A stretch of 64,000 nt of DNA, from assembly GCA_963744145.1 (NCBI GenBank), contig CAVUSO010000001.1:3296001-3360000 (forward strand), written 5' to 3'. The DNA comes from an uncultured cyanobacterium. GTDB taxonomy: Bacteria > Cyanobacteriota > Cyanobacteriia > Cyanobacteriales > CAWUOF01. The notes under the pieces were generated by a model. It ran no database searches and was not told where the DNA came from. It saw only the letters and a program-made list of their open reading frames with translations. Positions 63,844 through 64,000 of the stretch are shown piece by piece; position 1 is the first letter of the stretch, and each line of letters opens with the position of its first letter. The translations under genes were made by a program, and so were the position numbers.

Positions 63844-64000
63844 AGTTGTTCCTGTTAATCTCACCGTTTAGCCAATTTTTTGCCAAATTCCGAAAATCGA
63901 TTTTCCTAAGAAATATTGTAATATTGGTTCATTTCCCAGGTAAGAGTAGTTTGTTTTGGTCATAATTTAGGAAAAACTTGTTGAATTCCCATGATAAAAT

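Overview
This is a low-GC cyanobacterial chromosome segment, judged from abundant HIP1 GCGATCGC octamers and the ubiA/plqA, acsF-ho2-hemN, GUN4 and Uma2 genes. Intact core genes include ppx, ubiA, wecB, tRNA-Val, mazG, ctaCDE plus ctaA/ctaB, acsF, ho2, hemN and a PilB/GspE ATPase. They are interleaved with a decaying accessory layer of toxin-antitoxin modules, IS remnants, MITEs, GTAG-type REP palindromes and at least 12 frameshifted or nonsense-broken genes. The main finds are as follows. (1) A complete IS110 element (32568-34302) whose bridge RNA can be read from the sequence; its guide segments match its own circle junction and the host GTAG REP repeat it sits in. (2) A canonical integron attC site closing a PIN toxin-antitoxin pair, with no integrase in the window. 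(3) A Tse2-like ADP-ribosyltransferase/immunity pair bracketed by two 1.1-kb copies of an Rpn-like nuclease gene. (4) A divergent orphan ModA heading a CHASE3 kinase cascade. (5) A domain-permuted MprF. (6) An orphan CRISPR-accessory WYL/Csx3 pair with a candidate operator. Family assignments come from motif recognition only; no searches were run.
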